NCBI GenBank assembly: GCA_016202815.1
Contig: JACQNZ010000007.1
Location: 20,704-84,703, forward strand
Length of the DNA stretch: 64,000 bases
Direction: 5' to 3'
From: Candidatus Aenigmatarchaeota archaeon
GTDB lineage: Archaea > Aenigmatarchaeota > Aenigmatarchaeia > JACPZZ01
Shown here: in pieces, positions 53,568 to 63,003 of the stretch
Layout: every line of letters starts with the position of its first letter
Numbering within the stretch: the stretch's first letter is position 1
Position numbers and translations under genes: made by a program
The notes under the pieces: model-generated
Seen by the model: only the letters and a program-made list of their open reading frames with translations
What the model was told of the DNA's origin: nothing
Databases searched by the model: none

Positions 53568-53942
53568 ATGAAAATCGGCAAGCGCCATCTTTTGTGGATC
53601 CTTATAATTCTTTTAGCTGGTTCTGTGGCGCTGGTGCTTTTCGGAGGCAATGCAACAGGGCAGTACGACGATTTCGCGAAATGCCTGGCTGAAAAAGACG
53701 CAAAAATGTACGGCGCTTATTGGTGCGGCCATTGCGCAAACCAGAAAAAGGAATTTGGCGCCAGTTGGAAATACGTGGATTATGTAGAATGCTCACTGCC
53801 GAACAAGGCGGGGCAGACCCAAATCTGCGAACAAGCCGGCATAAAAGGCTACCCCACCTGGGAATTCTCCGACGGCAGCAGGCTTGAAGGGGAAGTTTCG
53901 CTTTACGGGCTGGCGCAAAAAACAGGGTGCGAGCTGGTATGA
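53568..53942 (+). CDS. Membrane-anchored thioredoxin-fold protein (like the Trx domain associated with VKOR)
   Basis: The TM anchor is LLWILIILLAGSVALVLF. MYGAYWCGHCANQKKEFG..YVEC..ICEQAGIKGYPTWEF matches the Trx-like domain fused to bacterial VKOR homologs. Confidence 0.72.
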   Translation: MKIGKRHLLWILIILLAGSVALVLFGGNATGQYDDFAKCLAEKDAKMYGAYWCGHCANQKKEFGASWKYVDYVECSLPNKAGQTQICEQAGIKGYPTWEFSDGSRLEGEVSLYGLAQKTGCELV

Positions 53943-54559
53943 ACTTTGATTATTTCCTGCACCCGTCAAGGATACTGGCGCTCGCTGTGATGGCGGGCGT
54001 GATGTCCGGGGCGATAACCTCGCTGGTAATCTTAAACACGCAACCGGGCGAAGACAAGCTTATCGAGGATTTTTACCTGACAGAAAACGCTGTCCACGTA
54101 AGTCCGCACAGCCTGCGCGGAAAAATGGACAAAGGCGTAGACGACTATGTCTTGGTTGATTTGCGCAGCCAGGAAGAATACGAGAAGGAGCACATTGTCG
54201 GTGCGGTTAACATACCGGCTTACAAGGACAAGGACACGTCCGATTATGGCGCTGTCGACAGGATAGTGGGCGCGTTTGCGGCGCTTCCGAAGGATAAGGA
54301 CACTATCGTGTATTGCTACAGCATGCCTTGCATGACCGGACGAAAGGTCGGACTAATGCTGGCTGAGCACGGGATTTACGTAAAACATCTGGGAATAGGC
54401 TGGAATGAATGGAGATATTTCTGGAACCTGTGGAACCACGAACACGAATGGAACGCCACAGACGCGGAGAATTATATAGCCCGCGGCAAGGAGCCGGGCG
54501 CGCCCAAAACAGGAAACGGTTCGACGGCATGCCCGATAAGCGGGGACTTTGGATGTTAA
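53939..54559 (+). CDS. Membrane-anchored rhodanese-domain protein
   Basis: There is an N-terminal TM segment. The rhodanese core is YVLVDLRSQEEYEKEHIVGAVNIP..TIVYCYSMPCMTGRKVGLMLAEHG. An ATGA overlap joins it to the Trx gene. Confidence 0.72.
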   Translation: MNFDYFLHPSRILALAVMAGVMSGAITSLVILNTQPGEDKLIEDFYLTENAVHVSPHSLRGKMDKGVDDYVLVDLRSQEEYEKEHIVGAVNIPAYKDKDTSDYGAVDRIVGAFAALPKDKDTIVYCYSMPCMTGRKVGLMLAEHGIYVKHLGIGWNEWRYFWNLWNHEHEWNATDAENYIARGKEPGAPKTGNGSTACPISGDFGC

Positions 54560-54632
54560 CTGTCCAGTTCTGACAGAATTTTTCCTGCATGATAACAGAA
54601 AGTGTCAACGATATAAATTGTTTATTTCATTT

Positions 54633-55427
54633 ATGCGTATGGACAGTGCGGACATCGCGATAATCGGCGGTACGGGCTTTTACGGCATGGACATGCTTGA
54701 AAACACGCACGATATCAACGCAGACACGCCTTACGGCAAAACCAGCGACGCGATAACTGTCGGCACGTTCAACGGCCTTAAAATTGCGTTCCTTCCAAGG
54801 CACGGCAAAAAACACTCCATACCGCCGCACAAAATAAATTTCCGGGCCAACATATGGGCGCTGAAGCAGTTGGGCGTCAGGAGGATAATAACGCCTGACG
54901 CCGTGGGCAGTTTGCAGGAAAACATAAAACCCGGAGATTTTCTAATACCGGACCAGTTCATAGACCTGACCAATGCGAGAAACAACACGTTCCACGATGA
55001 AGGCGAGGTTGCGCACATATCAATGGCCGAGCCTTTCTGTCCCGAACTGTCCGGGATCGTGTCCGAGTCCGGAAAAAGTTTAGGTTGTGGAATGCATGAC
55101 AAAGGCACTGTTGTTGTTGTCCAAGGCCCAAGGTTTTCCTCGAAAGCGGAATCAAAGCTGTACAGAAGCTGGAATGCGCAGATAATAAACATGGAAGTCT
55201 CGACCGAATGCATACTCGCACGCGAAGCAGAAATCTGCTACGCCTACCTTGGAATGGTAACGGACTACGACACTTTTGCCGATAAAACCGTCAATGTGAC
55301 AGACGTTCTTGGCGTGCTGAAAGAAAACGAAAAGAACGCGCGCAGGCTTATCGAGGATGCCATAACTAAAATACCGGAAAGCAGAAGCTGCAAATGCGGC
55401 GAGGCGCTGAAAAATGCGGTCGTGTAG
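54633..55427 (+). CDS. mtnP: S-methyl-5'-thioadenosine phosphorylase
   Basis: IAIIGGTGFY, FLPRHGKKHSIPPHKINFRANIWALKQLGV and INMEVSTE follow the MTAP pattern. A TATA-like ATATAAAT lies about 22 nt upstream. Confidence 0.88.
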   Translation: MRMDSADIAIIGGTGFYGMDMLENTHDINADTPYGKTSDAITVGTFNGLKIAFLPRHGKKHSIPPHKINFRANIWALKQLGVRRIITPDAVGSLQENIKPGDFLIPDQFIDLTNARNNTFHDEGEVAHISMAEPFCPELSGIVSESGKSLGCGMHDKGTVVVVQGPRFSSKAESKLYRSWNAQIINMEVSTECILAREAEICYAYLGMVTDYDTFADKTVNVTDVLGVLKENEKNARRLIEDAITKIPESRSCKCGEALKNAVV

Positions 55428-55504
55428 CATATTTGCCTGGAAATGCCGTACAATGGCGACAAACCGGCGCAATCTTTTTCTGCACGCGCGCAGAATATCA
55501 AGCG

Positions 55505-55639
55505 ATGTTCGGCTGGATGCACAAAGAGGCCGTGTGCCTGAAATGCGGTATGACAAACAAATTAAAGATGAACGGGAAAAACACCAGGCTGGAAATTCTA
55601 AAAGCGTCGGCTTGTGGGTGCGGCGGAAAATTCATTTAA
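55505..55639 (+). CDS. Possible small zinc-ribbon protein (44 aa)
   Basis: MFGWMHKEAVCLKCGMTNKLKMNGKNTRLEILKASACGCGGKFI (CxxC...CxC). This is weak: there is no clear ribosome-binding site and the gene choice is ambiguous. Confidence 0.3.
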   Translation: MFGWMHKEAVCLKCGMTNKLKMNGKNTRLEILKASACGCGGKFI

Positions 55640-55653
55640 TGGGCGTTATCAGT

Positions 55654-56337
55654 TTATTTGTCTACTAATTCAGCTTTTCCGACTTCCACGTAGCCGCTGT
55701 TTGTTTTCGAATCCCATGTCTTTTTCACGTCTTTCAGCTCAACCCTTTTCCTGAAGAACGGAGCGTCCGCCACAAAAGAATCGTACATGCCGCCTTCGCC
55801 CAATAATTCAAAGCCGTATTTGTCGCTCAGCCTTTTGAACTCGTTGAATGAATTTGCGTCCAATCTCTTGCCGAGCCATTCCTGGCCCAGGCCGTCGGCT
55901 GCGACGTTAACGATTCTGATGTCCATTCCCGATCCGATTTCGGCACGCAATAATTCTTCCGAAGTCATATTGGCGTTTGGCGTGATCGTTTTTATTCCGT
56001 ATTTCGCAGCCACTTTTCCGACCGAGTTGATCTGCGTCTGCTGGAGGCCGACGCCACCCAAGACTATTGCATCAACACCAAGCTTTGAAAGGATCTTGTC
56101 CAAAACGGCAGCTTCTTTCTCGGGCCCGATTTCATTGCATTCCAATAAGAAATGACGAACGCCTATCGATTCTGCCTGCAATCTTGTCAATTCTGCCGTG
56201 GCGTAATGGTACAAATAGGCCTCTTCGTTCTTCGGCTTGACTGAAATTAACGCTTTGACGTCCCAGCCGTTTCGCAAAGCCGTCAACAACGCGAAATTGC
56301 TGTCTTTTCCGCCGCTGTAAAGTATCGCGACTTTCAT
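55654..56337 (-). CDS. dph6: Diphthine--ammonia ligase-type PP-loop ATPase (Dph6/MJ0570 family)
   Basis: MKVAILYSGGKDS is the PP-loop, with LGEGGMYDSFV near the C-terminus. Confidence 0.78.
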   Translation of the reverse strand: MKVAILYSGGKDSNFALLTALRNGWDVKALISVKPKNEEAYLYHYATAELTRLQAESIGVRHFLLECNEIGPEKEAAVLDKILSKLGVDAIVLGGVGLQQTQINSVGKVAAKYGIKTITPNANMTSEELLRAEIGSGMDIRIVNVAADGLGQEWLGKRLDANSFNEFKRLSDKYGFELLGEGGMYDSFVADAPFFRKRVELKDVKKTWDSKTNSGYVEVGKAELVDK

Positions 56338-56376
56338 AGTATCAGATAATTTAAATGGTGCATGGTTTATATAACT

Positions 56377-56865
56377 ATGTTAATCGTAGTCTGCGGCCTT
56401 CCGGGAACCGGCAAAACGACAATAGCAAAAGCCCTGTCGCAGCGGATCGGCGCGGCGCTTCTTCGGACCGACGTGATACGCAAGGAAATGCTTTTCGAAG
56501 CCAAATATACGGAAAAGGAACGTGATTCTGTATACGAAAACATGTTTGTCACGGCAGGCGAAAAGCTGCGGAACGGCGAAGATTGCGTCTTGGACGGGAC
56601 ATTTTACAAGAAATCGCTGCGCGACGTCGCGAAGAGGGTTGCGGAGAATAACAAGTCAAAGTTCCACATAGTGGAGTGCGTGCTACACGAGGACTTTGTC
56701 AGAACAAGAATAAACGCAAGGAAAGGTGACGAGTCTGAAGCGGATTTCCAGATTTATCAGAAAGCAAAGAATGCGTTTGAACCGATAACCGAAAAACACA
56801 TTGTTGTTGACACGTCAAAGGACGTTAAAGAGTGCGTTGACAAAATAGTGGCGGAGATCTCATGA
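56377..56865 (+). CDS. P-loop kinase (AAA_33-like)
   Basis: MLIVVCGLPGTGKTTIAKAL is the Walker A and CVLDGTF is Walker B-like. ATTTAAAT lies about 25 nt upstream of this ATG, so it is preferred over 56362. Confidence 0.7.
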   Translation: MLIVVCGLPGTGKTTIAKALSQRIGAALLRTDVIRKEMLFEAKYTEKERDSVYENMFVTAGEKLRNGEDCVLDGTFYKKSLRDVAKRVAENNKSKFHIVECVLHEDFVRTRINARKGDESEADFQIYQKAKNAFEPITEKHIVVDTSKDVKECVDKIVAEIS

Positions 56866-57884
56866 TAACAAGAACGTTCCGCGGCGGCCATTTTGAGATC
56901 GGCGCGCAAATCGGTGAGATTTACAGGAAAAACGGGATGAAAATAAATGACGTACCAATAAACCAACAACTGTTCAAACGCCAGCTAAGGGTGTATGAGA
57001 AGCATTATCCGGATTTACTGGAAGAATTGCGCGGAGTAGCGTGCGGCGGAAATTTCAACGAGCAGAAAACCATTTACAATTTCATAACCAGCGAGTTAAG
57101 GTGGTTTTTGTCCGCGCCTGAAAGGTCGTGCACAATATTCGGCGTAACAAACAACAACGGCGCGTTTGTCGGCAGGAATTACGACTGGCATCCCGCGGCT
57201 GGAAAAGTCTTTGAGGTGTACAAAGTCATAAATCCGGGAAAAAACAGCTTCGTGGCTTTGAGCGACATGGGAATAACCGACTATTCAGACTCGCAGCCGA
57301 AAAACCTGTTCTATTTCCCGGAAGACGCGATAAACGACAAAGGGCTTTTCATAGGCCTGACATTTGCTTACGGAAACGGATGTTCCAACGGGATCTCGTC
57401 CGCCGATGCCATAAAGCTGGTTGCCGAAACGTGTTCCGATGTTGACGATGCGATCTCGACTTTCAAAAAAGTTCCCCTGTGCTGCCCGAAAAATTTCTTT
57501 GTAGCGGATAAAAACGGCGATATGGCCGTTGTCGAACACACGTCCAAGAAGTTCAAGGTCGTTTATCCTGAAAACGGCGTTTTGATACAAACCAACCATT
57601 ATGTGGACGCGGAACTGGCGAAGGACGACACGGTCCTTGCGACAAGGCCAGACCACAACACATTCCTGAGGTATTACGAAACCCTGCAAAACATAAACAG
57701 ATCAAAAAGCGGTTTCAACAAATCCAAGATAATCGACTTGCTCGGGAACAAAAGCCGCATCGTATGCCAGAATCTTCCCGGGCTCAAGACCATATGGACG
57801 CTGGCGATGGACATTAAAAGGCAAAAGTACAAATTATACTGGAACGTCACGGGAAACAGGAAATCAAAGACGTTAAACGTGTGA
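56862..57884 (+). CDS. Peptidase C45 / acyl-CoA:6-APA acyltransferase-like Ntn hydrolase
   Basis: PERSCTIFGVTNNNGAFVGRNYDW provides the candidate autoprocessing Cys and the NYDW motif. The size is about 340 aa, and an ATGA overlap joins it to the kinase gene. Confidence 0.6.
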   Translation: MITRTFRGGHFEIGAQIGEIYRKNGMKINDVPINQQLFKRQLRVYEKHYPDLLEELRGVACGGNFNEQKTIYNFITSELRWFLSAPERSCTIFGVTNNNGAFVGRNYDWHPAAGKVFEVYKVINPGKNSFVALSDMGITDYSDSQPKNLFYFPEDAINDKGLFIGLTFAYGNGCSNGISSADAIKLVAETCSDVDDAISTFKKVPLCCPKNFFVADKNGDMAVVEHTSKKFKVVYPENGVLIQTNHYVDAELAKDDTVLATRPDHNTFLRYYETLQNINRSKSGFNKSKIIDLLGNKSRIVCQNLPGLKTIWTLAMDIKRQKYKLYWNVTGNRKSKTLNV

Positions 57885-57893
57885 GATGGGCAA

Positions 57894-58877
57894 ATGAAGG
57901 AAAAAGAACTTATCGATGCTATGACGAACCCGGAATCGTACCCGCACACCACCGGCAAGATCGAGGTCAAAGAGACGCACATCTCTTTGGTTTTTTTGAC
58001 AGGCCATTTCGCCTACAAAGTCAAAAAGCCCTTGAAGTTCGGCGGCATACTCGATTATTCCACGTTGGCTGACAGGAGGGCGATGTGCGAAAAAGAGCTG
58101 ATTATCAATCGGCGATTAAACGAAGACATGTACTTAGAAGTTGTTGACATTGTCCGCGGCGAAGATGGAAAACTGCACGTCGGCTACGGCGCAGGCGAGG
58201 TTGTCGAGCATGCAGTCAAGATGAAGCAGATGAACCAGCGCAGCCTGTTATCGGAAATAATAAAACGCGGCGAAATAACAGACACCACGGTTAAACGGGT
58301 AGCGGCGTTCATGGTAGATTTTTTCAACAGGTCTGACACAACGCCTGACCTGGCAACGCGCTACGCCGAGATGACCAGGAAACACCTCAATGCGACGTTC
58401 GACACCCTGGAGGACCTTGGAAAAAATTACGGGGCATGGAAGAAAAAATTCAACGACTTCATGAAAAACAACCGCGACACCTTCCTGGAGCGCACTGCCG
58501 ACGGGTTTGTGCGTGATTTGCACGGCGACGCCCATTCAAGGAATTTTTTCATCGACGGCACCCAAATTTCGCTTTTTGACGCAATCGAATTCAATGACGA
58601 GTTCAGGATACAGGATATAGCTTACGAAATCGCCGCGCTGGCGATGGACCTTGATTTCAACGGCCTGGAAAAACTGTCGGAGCTTTACACAGGCGAATAC
58701 GTACGGTTGAGCAACGACACGGCCGCGAAAAAACTCTTCCCCGTTTACATGTTTTACTGGGCTGTTGTGCGCGGCGAAGTTGAACTTGAAAAAAGCGCCA
58801 AGTCAAAGAACAGGGACAGCAGACTGGTTGCTGACAAATATTTCAAGCTGGCGGAAAAATACATCAAAATGTTCTGA
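57894..58877 (+). CDS. Aminoglycoside-phosphotransferase-like kinase-fold protein (N-terminal half of the COG2187-type architecture)
   Basis: VKETHISLVFLTGHFAYKVKKPLKFGGILDYSTLADRRAMCEKELIINRRLNEDMYLEV, and the catalytic region is VRDLHGDAHSRNFFI. Confidence 0.62.
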   Translation: MKEKELIDAMTNPESYPHTTGKIEVKETHISLVFLTGHFAYKVKKPLKFGGILDYSTLADRRAMCEKELIINRRLNEDMYLEVVDIVRGEDGKLHVGYGAGEVVEHAVKMKQMNQRSLLSEIIKRGEITDTTVKRVAAFMVDFFNRSDTTPDLATRYAEMTRKHLNATFDTLEDLGKNYGAWKKKFNDFMKNNRDTFLERTADGFVRDLHGDAHSRNFFIDGTQISLFDAIEFNDEFRIQDIAYEIAALAMDLDFNGLEKLSELYTGEYVRLSNDTAAKKLFPVYMFYWAVVRGEVELEKSAKSKNRDSRLVADKYFKLAEKYIKMF

Positions 58878-59793
58878 GCAATTTTGATATTCCCGATTTG
58901 TCGGGCGCTACAATCCCGTCCGGCGTGATTATTCCGGATATGTATCTGGCCGGCGTGACGTCGAAACCGCCTGCCGCATCTGCGCCCCCCACTTTGCCGA
59001 AAATTATCGTGGGCGCTGCGACGTAGAACGGGACGCCTAACTCCTTTGCGACTATCGCTTTTTCCAAAGCACCTGTCGTGCTGACGACGTCGCCGCCTAG
59101 GAGCACGCTTTCAGCGTCCGAGATCACGACATCCACCTCGCCTTTTTGCGCGTAATGCGCGAACGAGTTGGGCTCGACCGGCTTGTTAACGATGCCTTCG
59201 TTTCCAAGCTCCCATGACGCCAATGAACCGCCCGGGCCCGCGCCATCCAGCAACACAGAAATGTTTTTCCCGTCCCGTTTGGCAGTGAATACCACGCCCA
59301 ACGCAATTCCGCAATCTATTGAGGCCAGCCAGCCCGCGGTGCAATGTGCTGCGATGCTGCTGCCGTCGCCGACGATCTCACGCCCGCATTCCGACAGCTT
59401 CCTGCACTGGCTTATTATCCCGTCGCAAATTTTTCCGGCCTCTGCGACCGCATCGTCGCTGCTTACGCAGGCCTTTATGTACACTTTCCCAATGCATTTT
59501 TCCAAAACAGCTGACAAAGGGCCGCTGGCCAGCATCCGGTCGCGCGCCAGCTCCAGAATCCTCGGATCCCTCTTCAATTCGGATTCGGCGGCGGCCTGGG
59601 CTATGCCAAATGCGGCCGCCGCTCCAACGGACAGCGAACCGCGTACAGTCCCGTCGCGGATCAAACTCGCTGTCTTTGAATAATTGTCAGATGCTGCTAT
59701 TTCGAAATTGGAAGGAAGCTTCTTCTGGTCCACCATGAAAACGCTGCCGTTCTCAAACCACACAGACCTGTATTCCTTCCCGGCCACTTTCAT
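58864..59793 (-). CDS. mtnA: eIF-2B alpha/beta/delta family isomerase (MtnA-like methylthioribose-1-phosphate isomerase)
   Basis: VWFENGSVFMVDQKKLPSNFE..IRDGTVRGSLSVGAAAAFGIA, with the C-terminal part VVISDAESVLLGGDVVSTTGALEKAIVAKELGVPFYVAAP. Confidence 0.72.
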   Translation of the reverse strand: MKVAGKEYRSVWFENGSVFMVDQKKLPSNFEIAASDNYSKTASLIRDGTVRGSLSVGAAAAFGIAQAAAESELKRDPRILELARDRMLASGPLSAVLEKCIGKVYIKACVSSDDAVAEAGKICDGIISQCRKLSECGREIVGDGSSIAAHCTAGWLASIDCGIALGVVFTAKRDGKNISVLLDGAGPGGSLASWELGNEGIVNKPVEPNSFAHYAQKGEVDVVISDAESVLLGGDVVSTTGALEKAIVAKELGVPFYVAAPTIIFGKVGGADAAGGFDVTPARYISGIITPDGIVAPDKSGISKLLRTF

Positions 59794-59844
59794 GTTATAA
59801 TGTACGGAAGGGCAATTTAAGTGCTTTTAGCCACAATTTAGGGT

Positions 59845-61089
59845 ATGTCAAAAGTAAAAGATGCAAAACTTGCCGCCGACGGCCGCAAACAGATCGAATG
59901 GGCCGAGATGCAGATGGGCGGCCTGCTGCGAATACGCTCAAGATTTTCGGGCGAGAAACCGCTCAAAGGCCTGAGAATAGGAATGGCGCTGCATGTAACG
60001 AAAGAAACGGCCGCGCTTGTGAGGACATTGAAGGCGGGCGGCGCGTCTGTCGCCATCGCGGGCTGCAACCCGTTAAGCACGCAAGACGACGTTGCTGCCG
60101 CTCTTGCAGATGAGGGCATCGAAGTTTTCGCATGGAAAGGCCAGACCGTTGACGAGTATTACGATAATTTAAACAAGGTTCTTGACGCAAAGCCACAGAT
60201 AACAATTGACGACGGCTGCGACCTTGTTACGCTAATACACACGAAAAGAAAAGACCTGCTTGAAAACGTGATCGGCGGCACCGAAGAAACGACAACCGGT
60301 GTTAACAGATTGCGCGCAATGGAGAAGGACGGCGCGTTAAAATATCCCGTGGTCGCTGTGAACGATTCTGATACGAAACACCTGATGGACAACTACATAG
60401 GAACAGGACAGTCGAGCATAGACGGTCTGTTGCGCGCGACGAGCATCCTGGTGGCGGGCAAAAATTTCGTTGTAGTCGGCTATGGCCCGTGCGGCAAAGG
60501 AGTCGCATTGCGCGCAAACGGCATGGGTGCCAACGTCATTGTCACAGAGGTGGATGCGTTTAAGGCGCTGCAGGCCGTGATGGACGGTTACAGAGTCATG
60601 CCGCTTGCCGAGGCTGCACGGATAGGCGACGTTTTCATTACGGTCACAGGCAACAAAAACGTGATAACAACAGACCACATGGAAAAGATGAAAAACGGCG
60701 CAATACTCGCGAACGCCGGGCATTTTGACCTGGAGATAGACGTGAAAGGCCTGAAGGGCATTTCCGCGTCTTCGAAGAAAATTAGAAACGACCTGGAAGA
60801 GTACACGCTAAAGAATAAAATAAAAATATATTTGTGTTCGCAGGGACGGCTGGTCAACCTCGCCGCAGCCGAAGGCCATCCTTCTGACATAATGTCGATG
60901 TCATTCATGAACCAGGCGCTTGCAGTGGAGCACATAGCCAAAAATAAACTTGGTCCCAAAGTCCATGTGCTGCCTGCGAAGATAGACGATCTGGTGGCGC
61001 GGTTGCAGCTGGAGTCGATGGGTGTTAAGATCGATTCTCTTACGCCGGAACAGGAAAAATACCTGACAGGATGGGCGGAAGGGACTTAG
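59845..61089 (+). CDS. ahcY: S-adenosyl-L-homocysteine hydrolase
   Basis: [42 protein letters not shown], the NAD site [13 protein letters not shown], and AGHFDLEID. Confidence 0.93.
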   Translation: MSKVKDAKLAADGRKQIEWAEMQMGGLLRIRSRFSGEKPLKGLRIGMALHVTKETAALVRTLKAGGASVAIAGCNPLSTQDDVAAALADEGIEVFAWKGQTVDEYYDNLNKVLDAKPQITIDDGCDLVTLIHTKRKDLLENVIGGTEETTTGVNRLRAMEKDGALKYPVVAVNDSDTKHLMDNYIGTGQSSIDGLLRATSILVAGKNFVVVGYGPCGKGVALRANGMGANVIVTEVDAFKALQAVMDGYRVMPLAEAARIGDVFITVTGNKNVITTDHMEKMKNGAILANAGHFDLEIDVKGLKGISASSKKIRNDLEEYTLKNKIKIYLCSQGRLVNLAAAEGHPSDIMSMSFMNQALAVEHIAKNKLGPKVHVLPAKIDDLVARLQLESMGVKIDSLTPEQEKYLTGWAEGT

Positions 61090-61098
61090 TGCGCAACG

Positions 61099-61379
61099 AT
61101 GGGCAACGGAAAATTCCATGTGTGGAAAGAGGATTTTGCAATAGTAAAAGCCAGAAATATTTCATCCAAAGCATTTGCCATTGTCCAGGATAAAAATGAA
61201 ATTACTTTGGTTGCCGAAGAATCAGAACTGGATAACGAAAATGTAATAACCGCAGAGAATGGGGTATTTTCGTCATATCTTCTTACTCTACAGACCATAT
61301 ACTGGTAAAAGACAAGGATCTGGATAAAGCGATAAAAAAACTGGAAAAGCCTGGCTACCAGGCAGAAAAGAAAAATTAG
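61099..61379 (+). pseudogene. ACT_7-type ACT-domain gene with an internal out-of-frame deletion
   Basis: Frame a encodes FAIVKAR..AFAIVQDKNEITLVAEESELDNENVITAENG and then terminates at 61306-61308. Frame c from about 61263 reads (W)GIFVISSYSTDHILVKDKDLDKAIKKLEKPGYQAEKKN*, the conserved C-terminal end of the same family. About 35 residues of the middle are missing. Confidence 0.5.
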
Positions 61380-61385
61380 TAAAAT

Positions 61386-62096
61386 TTACATATACTTTTT
61401 TATTTCGTTCGTGGATAATTTGCGGAACCGGACTTTGTCGGCGGCGCCTTCCATAATTCCTATTTCGAGGCTTTGCGGCGTAACATCCTTCTCGCCCTTC
61501 TGGACGGCTTCTATCGCGAGCTTTATTGCGTCCTCGGTCTTCATCTTCTCGTCGTATTTGTGATTCAAAATCTTCTCTGCCGTGGGCGCGCCCCTGCCTA
61601 TGACATGGGCTTTCCATTCTATCGTTGTTCCGGACGGGTCCGCCTCGAACAGTTTCGGACCAGACGAATCTATTCCGCCTATGAGCAAGCCTATGCCATA
61701 CGGCCTCATGCCCGCATACAACGTAGAAACGTGTATGCGGTCGGCGATAAACCTGACGATAGTAGGAACTTCAATTGGCTCTTCATAAGTGACCTTGTTC
61801 ACCTGTGCGCGGTTGCGTGCCATACCGACCAATACACGGGCGTCGGCTAACAAGCCCGACGCGGCTGTCACAACGTGGTCGTCAATTATGTAGATTTTTT
61901 CAAGCGATTCCGGCACAGAAAGCTCTGAAGAAACTTTGAACGCAGCGAACACAACAGAATCTTTCGTCTTTACGCCCACAACAGTCGCACCGCGCTTAAT
62001 CGCTTCCCGGGCATACTCCACCTGGAATAAACGCCCGTCAGGCGAGAAAACTACAATCGTCCTGTCGTAGCCCATGTACTCCGGTGTCAGTTCCAT
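61386..62096 (-). CDS. psmA: Proteasome alpha subunit
   Basis: GYDRTIVVFSPDGRLFQVEYAREAIKRGATVVGVK is the canonical alpha-subunit N-terminus. Confidence 0.92.
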   Translation of the reverse strand: MELTPEYMGYDRTIVVFSPDGRLFQVEYAREAIKRGATVVGVKTKDSVVFAAFKVSSELSVPESLEKIYIIDDHVVTAASGLLADARVLVGMARNRAQVNKVTYEEPIEVPTIVRFIADRIHVSTLYAGMRPYGIGLLIGGIDSSGPKLFEADPSGTTIEWKAHVIGRGAPTAEKILNHKYDEKMKTEDAIKLAIEAVQKGEKDVTPQSLEIGIMEGAADKVRFRKLSTNEIKKYM

Positions 62097-62153
62097 AATT
62101 CCAGCCTTCGATAAAGCAAACTATTCCTTTATTATTTTCATGCTTTAAATATC

Positions 62154-62573
62154 TCATCCCCAACCGGTATTGCTCGGGGCTTCCCAGCCTGCCTTGTTGT
62201 CGCCGTCTTTTTTCTTTTCCTCGTCCACTTCTATGACAACGTCTTCGCTTTCCTTTTCGGCCACATCCTGCGTTGCGGGCGGATTGCTGGCTGGTTTTGG
62301 CAGGGACTTGAAAAACTGGCCTTTCTCGGCGGCTTTTTCAGCCTTTTTTGTGTTCTGCTCTTCCGAATGCTGTTCGTGGCCGAAGAACGCCATGCCGCCA
62401 GAGACCAAAAAACCCAGGCCTGTTACGGCGGACAAAACCATGAAAAGTTTTGCTGTCCCCTGGAGGCCTTCGGGTATGGACGGCGAGATTGTGTTCAATG
62501 CTATGAACCACGCAAAAAACGTGAAGCCTGCCACGACCATTGTCAACCCGGTTATTTTTCCTGTGACCGACAT
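62154..62573 (-). CDS. Small membrane protein with a charged C-terminal tail
   Basis: Two clear TM segments (ITGLTMVVAGFTFFAWFIAL and LFMVLSAVTGLGFLVSGGMAFFG) are followed by a K/E-rich tail. The gene lies between pop5 and psmA. Confidence 0.5.
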   Translation of the reverse strand: MSVTGKITGLTMVVAGFTFFAWFIALNTISPSIPEGLQGTAKLFMVLSAVTGLGFLVSGGMAFFGHEQHSEEQNTKKAEKAAEKGQFFKSLPKPASNPPATQDVAEKESEDVVIEVDEEKKKDGDNKAGWEAPSNTGWG

Positions 62574-62613
62574 CGCATCACTGATTTAATTGGCCTTTCC
62601 GGCCGTTTAAAGT

Positions 62614-63003
62614 TTATGAGTAGCTGGAGAGGTCGCGCATGCTCATTATTTTCGCCTTTGCAGAGTTTAATGTCCCGGAAATACCAAGCACGCTGACAAT
62701 CACCCGCTGGTCGCCAATGCGGCTGAGTAAAGACAAGACCAGCCGTATTTTTTCCACAAACCTGTGCGAGCATTTTATCACGCCTTTCTGCTGCTTCTGG
62801 TCCCACAAATCCTTCACAATCCATATAGAGGCCTTGGCAGATCCCAATTCTCCTATAAACGACATCGAGGAGTTCCAGAATACATTGACGAAATCGGAAA
62901 ATTCCACCGGCGATTCGGACATTATTTCAAAAGACAAATATCTTTTTTTGCCCGCTATCATCGGCTTTATGGCCTTCAGTTTTTCATCCATTTTCCATCT
63001 CAA
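62614..63003 (-). CDS. RNase P protein component Pop5 (Rpp14)
   Basis: KKRYLSFEIMSE..GELGSAKASIWIVK..KGVIKCSHRFVEKIRLVLSLL..VLGISGTLNSAK fits the Pop5 pattern. It sits downstream of rpp30, as in other archaea. Confidence 0.7.
   Translation of the reverse strand: MRWKMDEKLKAIKPMIAGKKRYLSFEIMSESPVEFSDFVNVFWNSSMSFIGELGSAKASIWIVKDLWDQKQQKGVIKCSHRFVEKIRLVLSLLSRIGDQRVIVSVLGISGTLNSAKAKIMSMRDLSSYS

Noticed and set aside
55394-55668. Two overlapping 81-84-aa ORFs after mtnP
   Set aside because: Their 5' parts overlap the mtnP 3' end in other frames and have Arg/Cys-rich composition. I kept only the short zinc-ribbon-like segment from the ATG at 55505, as a low-confidence candidate.
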